From Chlamydiota bacterium (GTDB lineage: Bacteria; Chlamydiota; Chlamydiia; Chlamydiales; RGXB01), in assembly GCA_947494155.1 (NCBI GenBank), contig CANLTW010000001.1, forward strand, positions 151,971-215,970: a stretch of DNA of 64,000 nt. The letters run 5' to 3'. Below the pieces are notes generated by a model that did not search any database, was not told the DNA's origin, and saw only the letters and a list, made by a program, of their open reading frames with translations. Positions 9,217 through 18,491 of the stretch are shown piece after piece; within the stretch, counting starts at the first letter, position 1, and each line of letters begins with the position of its first letter. Position numbers and translations under genes: made by a program.

Positions 9217-11133
9217 ATGCGTATCATACATAAAGGAGCAGAAAAGACCCTAATTGAGATTGCCAGAGACCATCACCAAACGGCAGCTGACATGGCAATT
9301 ACCGCTACACTCAACGGAACGCAAACCGACCTTTTCACAACGGCGAAAGAGGGTGACGTGATCGAATTTTTCGATTTCTCCACCCCTCTTGGAAAAGAGA
9401 CTTTCTGGCACTCTTCTGCACACGTTTTAGCCCAAGCTATTCTGCGTTTGTATCCTGAGGCAAAACCGACCATTGGGCCTGCAATTGAGCAGGGTTTTTA
9501 TTACGATTTCTACAATCTGTCTATCTCTGAACACGATTTCAAAAAAATCGAGGAGATGGTTCAAGAGGTGGTAAACGAAAATTTCAAGCCCGAGAGGATG
9601 GAATTCAAAAATAAAAAAGAGGCTCTCGAGGCATTCAAAGAGAACCGCTTCAAATGCGAATTGATCCAAAGCTTTGAGGAGGGATCGCCTATTACTGCCT
9701 ATCGGCAAGGGGAATTTTTCGATCTTTGTCGCGGCCCACACCTGTTTAACATCGGTAAAGTGCGAGCGATGAAACTCACAAAAGTTTCAGGCGCCTACTG
9801 GAAGGGGGATGCGAATAATCCGGTTCTTACACGTGTCTACGGGATCTCTTTTCCCGATAAAAAACAGCTTAAAGCTTATTTGGATCATATTGAGGAGGCG
9901 AAAAAACGGGATCACAGGAAATTGGGTGCAGAGCTCGATCTCTACTCTTTTCACGAATTTGGACCGGGAATGCCTTTTTTCCACCCCAGAGGGATGTTGA
10001 TGCTCAACAAACTGATCGGTTATTGGAGAGATTTGCAATATAAGGCCGGTTATATCGAGATCAAAACACCTATCCTTTTGAACCAGGGCTTGTGGGAGCA
10101 ATCGGGCCATTGGGCAAATTATAGAGAAAACATGTACACCACCGAGGTGGAAAAGGCAACATTCGCTGTAAAGCCTATGAATTGCCCCGGTTGCATGCTC
10201 TATTATAGCTGCAAGCAGCACAGTTATAGAGAATTTCCTCTGAGGGTGATGGAATTTGGTCAAGTACATCGCCACGAGTTTTCTGGAGCCCTTTCGGGGC
10301 TGTTTAGAGTCCGCTCTTTTGTACAAGACGATGCCCATATTTTCATGCGCGAAGATCAGATTGAGTCAGAAATCCTCAATGTTTTGAAGCTGGTAGAAAT
10401 CCTTTACTCCACTTTTGGACTGAAGTACTCCCTAGAGCTCTCTACAAGACCTGAAAAAAGCATTGGAACCGATCAGATGTGGGATGTAGCTACGCAAGGC
10501 CTTAGGAAGGCTCTGGTTGCATCCGGTCACACTTTCAAGATCAACGAGGGGGATGGAGCTTTTTATGGCCCCAAAATCGACTTTAAGATCTTAGATGCAC
10601 TCGATCGCAAATGGCAATGCGGAACAATTCAGCTCGACATGTTCTTGCCAGAACGTTTTCATCTGAAATACACCGATGCCGATGGGCAAGAAAAGGTGCC
10701 TGTTATGATTCATAGAGCTATTTTGGGTTCGATTGAGCGCTTTTTGGGGATCATGGTGGAGCACTTTGCCGGTAAATTTCCTCTTTGGATCAGCCCAAGA
10801 CAACTTGTGATCATCCCTGTTACCGATCGTCATGTTGCCTACGGGGAGAGCATTAAAGAGGTATTTGAAACCCAAGGATTTTTTGTAGATATCGATGCGA
10901 CAAACGAGTCCGTAAGCAAAAAAATCCGCAATGCACAGCTTCTGCAATACAACTATATGCTCATTTTGGGAGACAAAGAGACCGAACAGGAGACCATCTC
11001 GATTCGCGCACGCTCTAATGAAATGTTGAACGATCTAAAGCTGCAAACCGTGTTAGATAGCCTCAAAGAAGAGGTTGCCACAAAATCCTTAAAAACCTTA
11101 TTACCTTTTGGTGAGGTTTCCACATGCAAATAA
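9217..11133 (+). CDS. thrS: Threonine--tRNA ligase
   Basis: WHSSAHVLAQA, DLCRGPH, KPMNCPG, FVQDDAHIF, GAFYGPKID, MIHRAILGSIERF. Confidence 0.98.
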   Translation: MRIIHKGAEKTLIEIARDHHQTAADMAITATLNGTQTDLFTTAKEGDVIEFFDFSTPLGKETFWHSSAHVLAQAILRLYPEAKPTIGPAIEQGFYYDFYNLSISEHDFKKIEEMVQEVVNENFKPERMEFKNKKEALEAFKENRFKCELIQSFEEGSPITAYRQGEFFDLCRGPHLFNIGKVRAMKLTKVSGAYWKGDANNPVLTRVYGISFPDKKQLKAYLDHIEEAKKRDHRKLGAELDLYSFHEFGPGMPFFHPRGMLMLNKLIGYWRDLQYKAGYIEIKTPILLNQGLWEQSGHWANYRENMYTTEVEKATFAVKPMNCPGCMLYYSCKQHSYREFPLRVMEFGQVHRHEFSGALSGLFRVRSFVQDDAHIFMREDQIESEILNVLKLVEILYSTFGLKYSLELSTRPEKSIGTDQMWDVATQGLRKALVASGHTFKINEGDGAFYGPKIDFKILDALDRKWQCGTIQLDMFLPERFHLKYTDADGQEKVPVMIHRAILGSIERFLGIMVEHFAGKFPLWISPRQLVIIPVTDRHVAYGESIKEVFETQGFFVDIDATNESVSKKIRNAQLLQYNYMLILGDKETEQETISIRARSNEMLNDLKLQTVLDSLKEEVATKSLKTLLPFGEVSTCK

Positions 11134-11936
11134 TTACCGTAGCCAGCTTCAAAGGGGGTACTGCAAAGACCTCCGTCTCTTTGAATCTCGGTGCCGTCCT
11201 GGCGAAAATTCATAAGAAAAAAGTTCTGCTTATCGATTTTGATGCGCAAAGCAACTTGACCACCGGGCTTGGTTTTGACCCCGATGCGTACGACTCTTTA
11301 GCACCCGTTTTACAAGGGGCCAAACAACTCGATGAAGTGATCTTGGAGACAGAGACAAAGAACCTTCACCTTGTTCCGGCAGATACCTGGTTGGAAAGGA
11401 TAGAGGTGACCGAACAACTGGCGCAGGATCGCTACTCTCATGAGAGGCTTAAAGGGATTCTTGGTAAAGCTGATTACGACTTTGTGATCATCGATACACC
11501 CCCCTCTTTGTGCTGGCTGACAGAGTCTGCGATGATTGCCTCCAACAAGTGTTTAATCTGCGCGACCCCAGAGTTTTACAGCGTGAAAGGGTTATATAGA
11601 TTAGGGATCTTTATCAACCAAATCAGCAAACGCCACCCTGTAGAAGTTTTGGGAGTTCTTCTCTCTTTTTGGAATGAAAGAGGCAAAAGCAACCAAGCAT
11701 TTTTAAATGTGATTGAAGAGACTTTCCCGCAAAAAATCTTGAAAACCAAAATCCGTCGCGATAAGGTCGTAGCAGATGCTTCGATTCGTGGCAGGCCAAT
11801 CGTGGAGATTTCTCGCACATCTCGTGCTCTTGAAGACTTCAAAAAATTGGCCCGAGAAGTGCTTCGTGGATGTAAAACAGATTTACATCTAAAAGAGATC
11901 GAAGAAGAGAAGGAATTGGTTCTAGAGGAAGTCTAA
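11124..11936 (+). CDS. parA: ParA/Soj-family ATPase (CT582/pGP5-like)
   Basis: Deviant Walker A KGGTAKT, IDFDAQSNLT, DTPPS; sits between thrS and a CT583-like gene. Confidence 0.9.
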   Translation: MQIITVASFKGGTAKTSVSLNLGAVLAKIHKKKVLLIDFDAQSNLTTGLGFDPDAYDSLAPVLQGAKQLDEVILETETKNLHLVPADTWLERIEVTEQLAQDRYSHERLKGILGKADYDFVIIDTPPSLCWLTESAMIASNKCLICATPEFYSVKGLYRLGIFINQISKRHPVEVLGVLLSFWNERGKSNQAFLNVIEETFPQKILKTKIRRDKVVADASIRGRPIVEISRTSRALEDFKKLAREVLRGCKTDLHLKEIEEEKELVLEEV

Positions 11937-12673
11937 TGGATGATGTGAATGCCATCTTAAAAGAGCGCTTGAAGAAAAACGAAAGCCTTTCAAAGAAAAT
12001 GGATTCTTTGGCTGAGCGCTCAAACAAAGGTCAGCTTTCTAGCTTTGCCGGTGTTTTTAAGGTGATTCCGCTTCAAGACCAAGAGGTTGCTGAAATACGC
12101 AGCCTCATCGAATTCTATAAAGGAAAAATACAAGATACCTCTTCAGACCTCGATGCACTCCTTTCTATCACTTCTGAGGTAAAGGCCATCAATTCCCAAG
12201 CAATTATTTTGCATGGAGAGCGAATCAAAAAGGCTCAAGAGCTCCTAAAAAACTATAAAGACGGAGCTTTTTCCCAATGGCTCCTTTTTGCCTATGGGAA
12301 CAGACAAACACCTTACAATTTTTTACAATACTACGAATTTTACAAATCGCTTCCGCAACCTCTCAAAGAGAGGCTTACAGATCTACCCAAGCAGGCAATT
12401 TATACTTTGGCTACACGTCAAGGAGATCTTGAAACAAAACAAGAGTTAGTGCGTACTTATCAAGGGGAATCAAAAGAGATCTTTTTAGAAAAAATACGCA
12501 ATGCCTTCCCTCTCTCATTAGAGGATAAACGCAGATCAACTCTCGCAGATCAAATCGCCCTTTCATTAGAAAGGCTCCTTGATAAGGCTTCTCTAAAGCC
12601 TCTCAAACTCTCCCAGATCGAAAAAAAGAGGTTGCATGCGCTGCTTAATGATTTAAATAAGATATTGCAATAA
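11936..12673 (+). CDS. CT583/pGP6-D family protein
   Basis: LLSITSEVKAINSQAIILHGERIKKAQELLKNYKDGAFSQWL...YGNRQTPYNFLQYYEFY; TAATG coupling to parA. Confidence 0.85.
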   Translation: MDDVNAILKERLKKNESLSKKMDSLAERSNKGQLSSFAGVFKVIPLQDQEVAEIRSLIEFYKGKIQDTSSDLDALLSITSEVKAINSQAIILHGERIKKAQELLKNYKDGAFSQWLLFAYGNRQTPYNFLQYYEFYKSLPQPLKERLTDLPKQAIYTLATRQGDLETKQELVRTYQGESKEIFLEKIRNAFPLSLEDKRRSTLADQIALSLERLLDKASLKPLKLSQIEKKRLHALLNDLNKILQ

Positions 12674-12700
12674 AGAGCCTTTTTTTCTATTTGAAGGGGT

Positions 12701-13225
12701 ATGCAACCCCTCAAAATTATCCCTTTATTGGGTCCAAATCACTCCTTCACTGAAGAGCAGATCGACTGTTTTCACCTCCATTTGAAAAGCCTGGGGGTAG
12801 CTTTTGTCCCATTTTTGGATACATGTTTTTCCTCCTTACCCCATCAAATTTTAAAAATTTTAAAAGAGGAAAAAAGTAGCGTTGTTCTTTTAGAGCCCTC
12901 TTTAAGAATTGTTACACAGACTCACCGTTTTTTTGCTCCTGTATGTGATATGGCTTGTTTTGTAAATCCAAAAAGTAGAGCAGGTAGCGAAAATTTTATT
13001 GATCGGGATTTTCTCCTTTTTCATCCTTTTGAAAATACTGTAAATCTGATCGAGGATTGGGCAAAAAAATTAGAATCAAAAGGGAAACTGAATCTCTTTT
13101 GCTGTTTATCGCTTGCCATCAAAAAAAGAGCACTCTCGACAAGGATATTTTCGTTAGATCCGCTCCTAAAAAAAGAGGCTGTCAACGACAGCCCTTTTTT
13201 TCACAGATGGTTAGTAAAAATTTAA
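12701..13225 (+). CDS. Hypothetical protein, degenerate GT-A-fold glycosyltransferase-like
   Basis: ILKILKEEKSSVVLLEPS...CDMACF...FLLFHPFENTVNLIEDW pattern resembles nucleotide-diphospho-sugar transferases, but there is no DxD. Confidence 0.4.
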   Translation: MQPLKIIPLLGPNHSFTEEQIDCFHLHLKSLGVAFVPFLDTCFSSLPHQILKILKEEKSSVVLLEPSLRIVTQTHRFFAPVCDMACFVNPKSRAGSENFIDRDFLLFHPFENTVNLIEDWAKKLESKGKLNLFCCLSLAIKKRALSTRIFSLDPLLKKEAVNDSPFFHRWLVKI

Positions 13226-13582
13226 TTACTCTTCTTCTTCAAGGTCCAAAGCCAGCTTCCAGCTTTTTGCCTCTTCCAGATATTTTTTCATGAATTGACG
13301 AAAAAGGGTATAGCGATTTGTTTTTTGAAACTCTTTAACAAATAACAGCTCTTTTTTTTCGCTTTCATTGAAACGGATACAAGGATTTTTTTGCATTCCT
13401 AAGCTTTTTAGGACTTGCATATCCTCAGTAATTTGTGGGTCTTGCGAAATAGAGGACTGCACTTTCCAGGTATCGTTATTTCCACCTAGTTTAAAAGAAA
13501 CTTCACACTCTCCCCATTGCATGCGGATCGCTTTTTTTCTGTGCAACTCTTCGGTTATGTAGACAAAATTTTGATAACTCAT
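13226..13582 (-). CDS. Small hypothetical protein, possible class I (CesT-like) type III secretion chaperone
   Basis: 118 aa; C-terminal amphipathic helix FRQFMKKYLEEAKSWKLAL and an acidic tail. Confidence 0.45.
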   Translation of the reverse strand: MSYQNFVYITEELHRKKAIRMQWGECEVSFKLGGNNDTWKVQSSISQDPQITEDMQVLKSLGMQKNPCIRFNESEKKELLFVKEFQKTNRYTLFRQFMKKYLEEAKSWKLALDLEEEE

Positions 13583-14487
13583 ACCTGGTCGTTTTTGTAA
13601 TCGTCAACGCCGGATAGTATACCTGAACTTACCATTTCTCCCCACCCCTTTTTCTTAAGAGATTTGAAGAGTTCTTTGTTGTGGGCTTTACATTCAAATA
13701 TTTTTTCCCCATCTGGAGTGCAAAGGTTTAGCCTTATACGATGTTTCTCCACTTTAGGCGTGTCCAGTATGGTAAAACAATTTTTATTTTCGGGCTTTTT
13801 TGAAGCTATGACAAAACAATATTTTTCATCTTCATAACCCAAAGTTCCCCCTTTGATTTGCCGGTGCACCCTTGAGCGCTCTACTCTGACGGAAAAATGG
13901 CACCATCCTTTCCCTTTTTTGGGGCACTCCTTTGTATGAAAACAGGGGGCATGTATAAAAAAATTGTTTTCGATCAAAAAATCTCTAGCCCTAAGTAAAG
14001 ATTCGTACCCGTGCATGGTGCCGGGCTCAAGAATCACAATGGTATCTTTTGTCGCTTCAATAGCGCGAAAAAGCGTATCGATCTGCTCTTTGTTGCTGAG
14101 CTCCCCAAGAGAATAGGAAAAAAGGACAAGATCGGATGGGGGATAGAGAAAATCGTCTAAAAAATTTCGAGTCATCCATGTCACGCCTTCCATTTCACGC
14201 CGAAAACCCTCTTCTTTTTCGATATAAACGATTTTTTCTACAAAAAGGTCTTTGAGGTGGGGGTAAGATGAACCGGGGCCACAGCCAAGCTCTAAAGCAG
14301 TTTTAAAAGTTTTTCCCTCTAGATGCGAGAAAACTTTTTTTAGCGCAGCTTCGGTCGCAGGGGTGCGAAATAGAGTGTAGGCCTCAAGCTCTTTTGTATT
14401 TTCAAATCCCTCTTTTGCCTCAAGATTGCGGTACCGTTTTTGGATCGCTAGCACATGCTCTTTAAAGGTCTTTTTTGGCTTCTCCAT
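13579..14487 (-). CDS. Rsm22/METTL17-family SAM-dependent methyltransferase
   Basis: AYTLFRTPAT, LELGCGPG, SYSLGEL, ILEPGT, APCFHTKECP...WCHF, EDEKY. Confidence 0.85.
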   Translation of the reverse strand: MEKPKKTFKEHVLAIQKRYRNLEAKEGFENTKELEAYTLFRTPATEAALKKVFSHLEGKTFKTALELGCGPGSSYPHLKDLFVEKIVYIEKEEGFRREMEGVTWMTRNFLDDFLYPPSDLVLFSYSLGELSNKEQIDTLFRAIEATKDTIVILEPGTMHGYESLLRARDFLIENNFFIHAPCFHTKECPKKGKGWCHFSVRVERSRVHRQIKGGTLGYEDEKYCFVIASKKPENKNCFTILDTPKVEKHRIRLNLCTPDGEKIFECKAHNKELFKSLKKKGWGEMVSSGILSGVDDYKNDQV

Positions 14488-15156
14488 CTAATCCCTTTCT
14501 GTCTGATGCCAGACAATTTCTTGGGTTTCTTTTTCTTTTAAAAAAGCGTTTATTTTAGAAAAAGGCCTGGAGCCAAAAAATCCCCGGTGTGCCGCCAGCG
14601 GGGAGGGGTGACTTGAAAGGAGGAGAAGATGCTCAAGTGACATTTGCTCCTTTAAGGGTGCAAAAAATTTCAGAGCCTGCTGCCCCCAGAGGCAAATCGC
14701 CAAAGGTTTTTTTTGCTTTAAAAGCTCTTCCAAATAGGTGTAGACGATCTCTTGCCAACCGAGATCTTTATGGGAAAGGGGGCAACCCTCTTCAACAGTT
14801 AAGATTGTGTTGAGTAAAATCACACCCTGTTTAGCCCAGGAGGTGAGATCCCCATTTTGGGGCATGTTGCAGCCTAGATCTTCACACATCTCTTTAAAAA
14901 TATTTTTCAGGGAGGGGGGGAGGGGTATATTTTTTTTTACACTGAAGCATAATCCATCGGCCTGGTTCTTTCCGTGGTAGGGGTCCTGGCCTAGTATAAG
15001 GACTTTCACCTCATGCATAGGTGTTAAAGTAAAAGCTCTGAGCCTCATAGAGGCCTCAGGGGCGATTTTTTTCCCTTGAGCTTCTAGTGTCTCAAGCCTT
15101 TTTTCTATCCTGGCTAGCCGCTCTATTACCTTAGTATTTGAAAAAAAAACTTCCAT
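14488..15156 (-). CDS. ung: Uracil-DNA glycosylase
   Basis: ILGQDPYH, GLCFSV, PPSLKNIF, WAKQGVILLN, SHPSPL. Confidence 0.96.
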   Translation of the reverse strand: MEVFFSNTKVIERLARIEKRLETLEAQGKKIAPEASMRLRAFTLTPMHEVKVLILGQDPYHGKNQADGLCFSVKKNIPLPPSLKNIFKEMCEDLGCNMPQNGDLTSWAKQGVILLNTILTVEEGCPLSHKDLGWQEIVYTYLEELLKQKKPLAICLWGQQALKFFAPLKEQMSLEHLLLLSSHPSPLAAHRGFFGSRPFSKINAFLKEKETQEIVWHQTERD

Positions 15157-15269
15157 TCTTCCTTTTTAGGGTCCGTCACTATTTTGCTGATGGAAAGAGT
15201 TTAAAGATTTTGTCGATTTAAATCATGAAGATTGCTATTGTTATCCAAGTTTTAACCCAATTAGTGCGT

Positions 15270-15524
15270 ATGAAAGACCTTGTGGAGAACAATCTGGTCC
15301 GTTTTAAGAACGTGACTAAAAAACCCGAGACAATCGTAGCCAATTTTCGCGTCAAAGGGATCCGCAAAGGGGTTTCATTTAGCGCCTCTATATCTGTGGA
15401 TATCGCTGCTGCCGAACTCGATGCACAAGAGCCACTAGAAAAAATTATTGAGGAGTGTGCCCGTATAGGTGTCAGAGAATTCAAGGATGCCGAATTTCAA
15501 TTTGAAGGGATTGAAAAAATTTAG
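15270..15524 (+). CDS. Small conserved hypothetical protein (84 aa)
   Basis: Clean ORF MKDLVENNLVRFKN...EFQFEG between ung and the tRNA; in-frame upstream ATG at 15225 is an alternative start. Confidence 0.7.
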   Translation: MKDLVENNLVRFKNVTKKPETIVANFRVKGIRKGVSFSASISVDIAAAELDAQEPLEKIIEECARIGVREFKDAEFQFEGIEKI

Positions 15525-15533
15525 TTTTTTTAT

Positions 15534-15608
15534 CTGGGTGTAGCGCAGCTTGGTCAGCGCGTTTGACTGGGGGTCAAAAGGTCGGAGGTTCGAATCCTCT
15601 CATCCAGA
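15534..15608 (+). tRNA. tRNA-Pro(GGG)
   Basis: Acceptor stem CTGGGTG/CATCCAG, D-arm GCGC..GCGC, anticodon stem TTTGA/TCAAA with loop CTGGGGG, T-loop GTTCGAATC; CCA is not encoded. Confidence 0.96.
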
Positions 15609-15669
15609 TACTTTCTTAAATCCCTCTTCCTTTATTTTACCCTCATCTTTTCCTATTATTATTTTTTAT

Positions 15670-15945
15670 CTTTGTTGAACCCTTTTTATTCGACCCGTAA
15701 ACTACATCCCTTTTTCAGGCTGTGGAAAAAGCTGTTCAAAGGCTGTTTAAAGATTGTTTCTCCTCTGATGACAAAAGGTCACCTGTTGATAACCCCCCCC
15801 TTTTTACACACTACTTGAACAAACTATCGACAGGTTTTTTCCCCCTTTTTTTCGATAGTGATTCTGTTTTTTTATGAACACTTCCACAGCCCCTAAAGAA
15901 GAGAATATATACGTATTAATATACTCCTCTGTTATATTCCGATCC
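15670..15945. other. Putative chromosomal replication origin (oriC)
   Basis: DnaA boxes TGTGGAAAA (15721), TGTTGATAA (15784), TTTTACACA (15802), TTATGAACA (15872) and ACTTCCACA (15880). These are followed by GCCCC and an AT-rich tract; + strand looks C-rich to the left and G-rich to the right. Confidence 0.8.
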
Positions 15946-16542
15946 ATGTTGCTACAATCCAATCAACAGTTTTTTCCACAAGGTTTCAAGGTCTCTTTTT
16001 ATGTGGACGATTTGTTTCCGTGGGATCTTTTAGACAGGATGCAAACAGCGCTTCAACAGCTTACTCCCGCTATCTTGAGCCCTATTCGTGAAGGAGTTTA
16101 TTTAGAAAATCCAGAGAGCATTCTTATCCAAGAGGGTTGTGTGATTGAACCGGGAGCGTATATTCGGGGACCCTGCTGTTTGGAAAAAGGGGTTACTGTG
16201 CGTCATGGAGCCTACATCCGAGGCAACGTGTGGGTTTGTCAAAATAGCTTGATTGGGCACGGCTCTGAAGTGAAAAATAGTTTGATAGGGGAGTCCTCTT
16301 GTCTTGCCCATTTCAATTATGTCGCCGATTCTGTGGTAGGTAAGCATGTTAACTTAGCCTCGCATGTGACTTTAGCTAACCTCAGGCTCGACGAGAAACC
16401 TGTTTTACCGATGAATCGACCTAAATTTGGTGCCGTGATAGGAGATTATGCAAAAATAGGGTGTCATGTGGTTTTAAATCCGGGAAAACAGATTTTGCCC
16501 CGAACAAAAATCCATCTGCACCAACAATTAGTAACAATTTAA
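15946..16542 (+). CDS. Hexapeptide-repeat acyl/acetyltransferase (GlmU C-terminal-like, CT629-like)
   Basis: IEPGAYIRGP, VRHGAYIRGN, GHGSEVKNS, AHFNYVADS, ANLRLD, KFGAVIGD. ATG 15946 is preferred because ATG 15874 lies inside DnaA boxes. Confidence 0.85.
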   Translation: MLLQSNQQFFPQGFKVSFYVDDLFPWDLLDRMQTALQQLTPAILSPIREGVYLENPESILIQEGCVIEPGAYIRGPCCLEKGVTVRHGAYIRGNVWVCQNSLIGHGSEVKNSLIGESSCLAHFNYVADSVVGKHVNLASHVTLANLRLDEKPVLPMNRPKFGAVIGDYAKIGCHVVLNPGKQILPRTKIHLHQQLVTI

Positions 16543-16571
16543 CAATTTTCTTTAAGTCAGGTAATTGAGCT

Positions 16572-17429
16572 ATGAAAGAGGCATTTGAAAAAGCTTTGTT
16601 TTTAGAGGTTGCGTCGTGGGAAAACTCCCGGCTTAAAGAGGCTGCCCTTTATGCTCTTGAGGGGGAAGCAAAAAGAATCCGTCCCCTTACCGCTTTTTTA
16701 ATTGCTAATACCCTTTCACCCGGATTTGATAACTACCATCCCTTGATTGCTTTGGAGCTGGCACACACTAGCTCTTTGATTTTGGATGATCTCCCTATGA
16801 TGGATGATGCCAAGCAAAGAAGAGGTAAACCTGCATTGCACATTCGCTTTAATCAGCAAGAAGCCCTTTTAACTGCCGTAGGATTGATTTCTGAAAGCTT
16901 TAGGCAGTTGCAGTTGGCCGCGACAAGAATGAACGATTCTAAAAGAGAAAAAGAGTGTTTTCACATTTTGCAAAATGCTCTAGTAACTACAACAGAAGCG
17001 GGTGGGTTGAGTGGAGCCCCTTTGGGTCAATGGATGGATTTGACCCTTTCTCATGAGATTCACCATCCTCTTTTAACCATGATGCAAAAAAAAACGGGGG
17101 TGTTTTTTTCCTCCTCTTTCATTTTAGGATGGATTTTTGGAGGGGGAGATTTAGAAAAAGTGCCGCTAGTAAAAGAAGCAGCCTATGTTTTTGGCATAAT
17201 TTTTCAGCTTATGGATGATTTCATCGATCTTGAGGAGGATAGAAAAGAGCGACCGTTTGCGAATTATGTTTTGCAAAATTCAGAAACGGCCGCCCTTGAG
17301 TTTTTAGAAGAATTGAAGCAGCGCCTTGCGGCGCTCCTTTCCAATTTAGGCTTATCTAAACTTCAGCAAGTTCTTTTGGAGCCTCTGGAGAATCTTCTGT
17401 CGCTCCACCGATCGCTTCTACGTGGCTGA
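16572..17429 (+). CDS. ispA: Polyprenyl diphosphate synthase (geranyltranstransferase)
   Basis: [17 protein letters not shown]...[24 protein letters not shown]. Confidence 0.92.
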   Translation: MKEAFEKALFLEVASWENSRLKEAALYALEGEAKRIRPLTAFLIANTLSPGFDNYHPLIALELAHTSSLILDDLPMMDDAKQRRGKPALHIRFNQQEALLTAVGLISESFRQLQLAATRMNDSKREKECFHILQNALVTTTEAGGLSGAPLGQWMDLTLSHEIHHPLLTMMQKKTGVFFSSSFILGWIFGGGDLEKVPLVKEAAYVFGIIFQLMDDFIDLEEDRKERPFANYVLQNSETAALEFLEELKQRLAALLSNLGLSKLQQVLLEPLENLLSLHRSLLRG

Positions 17430-18432
17430 GCTTTGAGGATCCGTTTTGTAGAATCATCTTTTCCAGTTCTGTTGTGAGCTCTTCATTCTTTTTAAGCTCC
17501 ACACGCATCATCTCTCGTCCCTGAAAACGGTTCCCCTTGAAGGCAAGCCATGTCCCTTTCTTTTCGACAAGCCCCATCTCGACACCGATATCGATAGCGG
17601 AGCCGTGGCGGGAGATCCCCTCATTGAAAAGAATATCAAATTCTGCAGAACGGAAAGGGGGAGCCAGTTTATTTTTTACAACCTTGGCTTTGACTCTGTT
17701 TCCGGTCTCTATGTTATCGCTCCCTTTGATCGTATTCACCTTGCGGATATCGATCCTGATGGAAGAGTAAAACTTAAGAGCGCGGCCGCCGGTAGTTGTC
17801 TCCGGATTGCCGAACATGATCCCCACTTTTTCACGCAGCTGGTTAATAAAAATAGCGCAAGTGTTGCTTTTGGCCAAAGTAGAGGTGAGCTTTCGTAGAG
17901 CTTGCGACATCAAGCGGGCTTGCAAACCCACGTGCGTATCTCCAATCTCCCCCTCAAGTTCGTTTTTCGGAACAAGAGCAGCAACCGAATCGATAACGAT
18001 CACATCTACAGCATTCGAGCGTGCTAAAATTTCGGCGATATTCAGCGCCTCTTCACCCGAATCGGGTTGCGAGATGAGAAGATCGTCCAGTTTTACTCCA
18101 ATCTTAGCGGCATAGGAGGGATCGAGCGCGTGCTCGGCATCGATATAGGCTGCTGTCCCCCCCATTTTTTGGCAGTTAGCCACAATATGGGTAGCTAAGG
18201 TAGACTTACCTGAAGATTCAGGACCGTAGATTTCAACGATACGACCTCTAGGCACACCCCCGATACCAAGGGCTATATCTAAAGCGACGGAACCTGTCGG
18301 GATGGTTTGGATTTGGCGTTGTGCCGAGTGTTTTCCAAGGGACATGATGGACCCTTCACCGAACTGTTTTTCGATGTGCTGTCTAGCTAATTCAAGCGCT
18401 TTTTTGCGCCCTTCATTTTGCGGTATAGACAT
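17356..18432 (-). CDS. recA: Recombinase RecA
   Basis: [38 protein letters not shown]. Confidence 0.99.
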   Translation of the reverse strand: MSIPQNEGRKKALELARQHIEKQFGEGSIMSLGKHSAQRQIQTIPTGSVALDIALGIGGVPRGRIVEIYGPESSGKSTLATHIVANCQKMGGTAAYIDAEHALDPSYAAKIGVKLDDLLISQPDSGEEALNIAEILARSNAVDVIVIDSVAALVPKNELEGEIGDTHVGLQARLMSQALRKLTSTLAKSNTCAIFINQLREKVGIMFGNPETTTGGRALKFYSSIRIDIRKVNTIKGSDNIETGNRVKAKVVKNKLAPPFRSAEFDILFNEGISRHGSAIDIGVEMGLVEKKGTWLAFKGNRFQGREMMRVELKKNEELTTELEKMILQNGSSKLSHVEAIGGATEDSPEAPKELAEV

Positions 18433-18459
18433 AAATGACTCCCTATTGAATAAAGGAGA

Positions 18460-18488
18460 ATTATACGGGATTTACCTAAGGATAGCAA
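18460..18488 (-). promoter_or_regulatory. sigma66 promoter of recA
   Basis: Minus strand TTGCTA-17 nt-TATAAT, then GGGAG SD before the ATG. Confidence 0.75.
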
Positions 18489-18491
18489 GTC

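Noticed and set aside
9787..10338. Long antisense ORF (183 aa) inside thrS, and similar shadow ORFs in recA, greA, ugd and topA
   Set aside because: They are fully nested opposite well-conserved genes and have no recognisable motifs.
15874..15945. N-terminal extension MNTSTAPKEE.. of the hexapeptide-repeat gene in the ORF track
   Set aside because: The ATG lies inside a DnaA box and the extension spans the putative unwinding element; ATG 15946 is more plausible.
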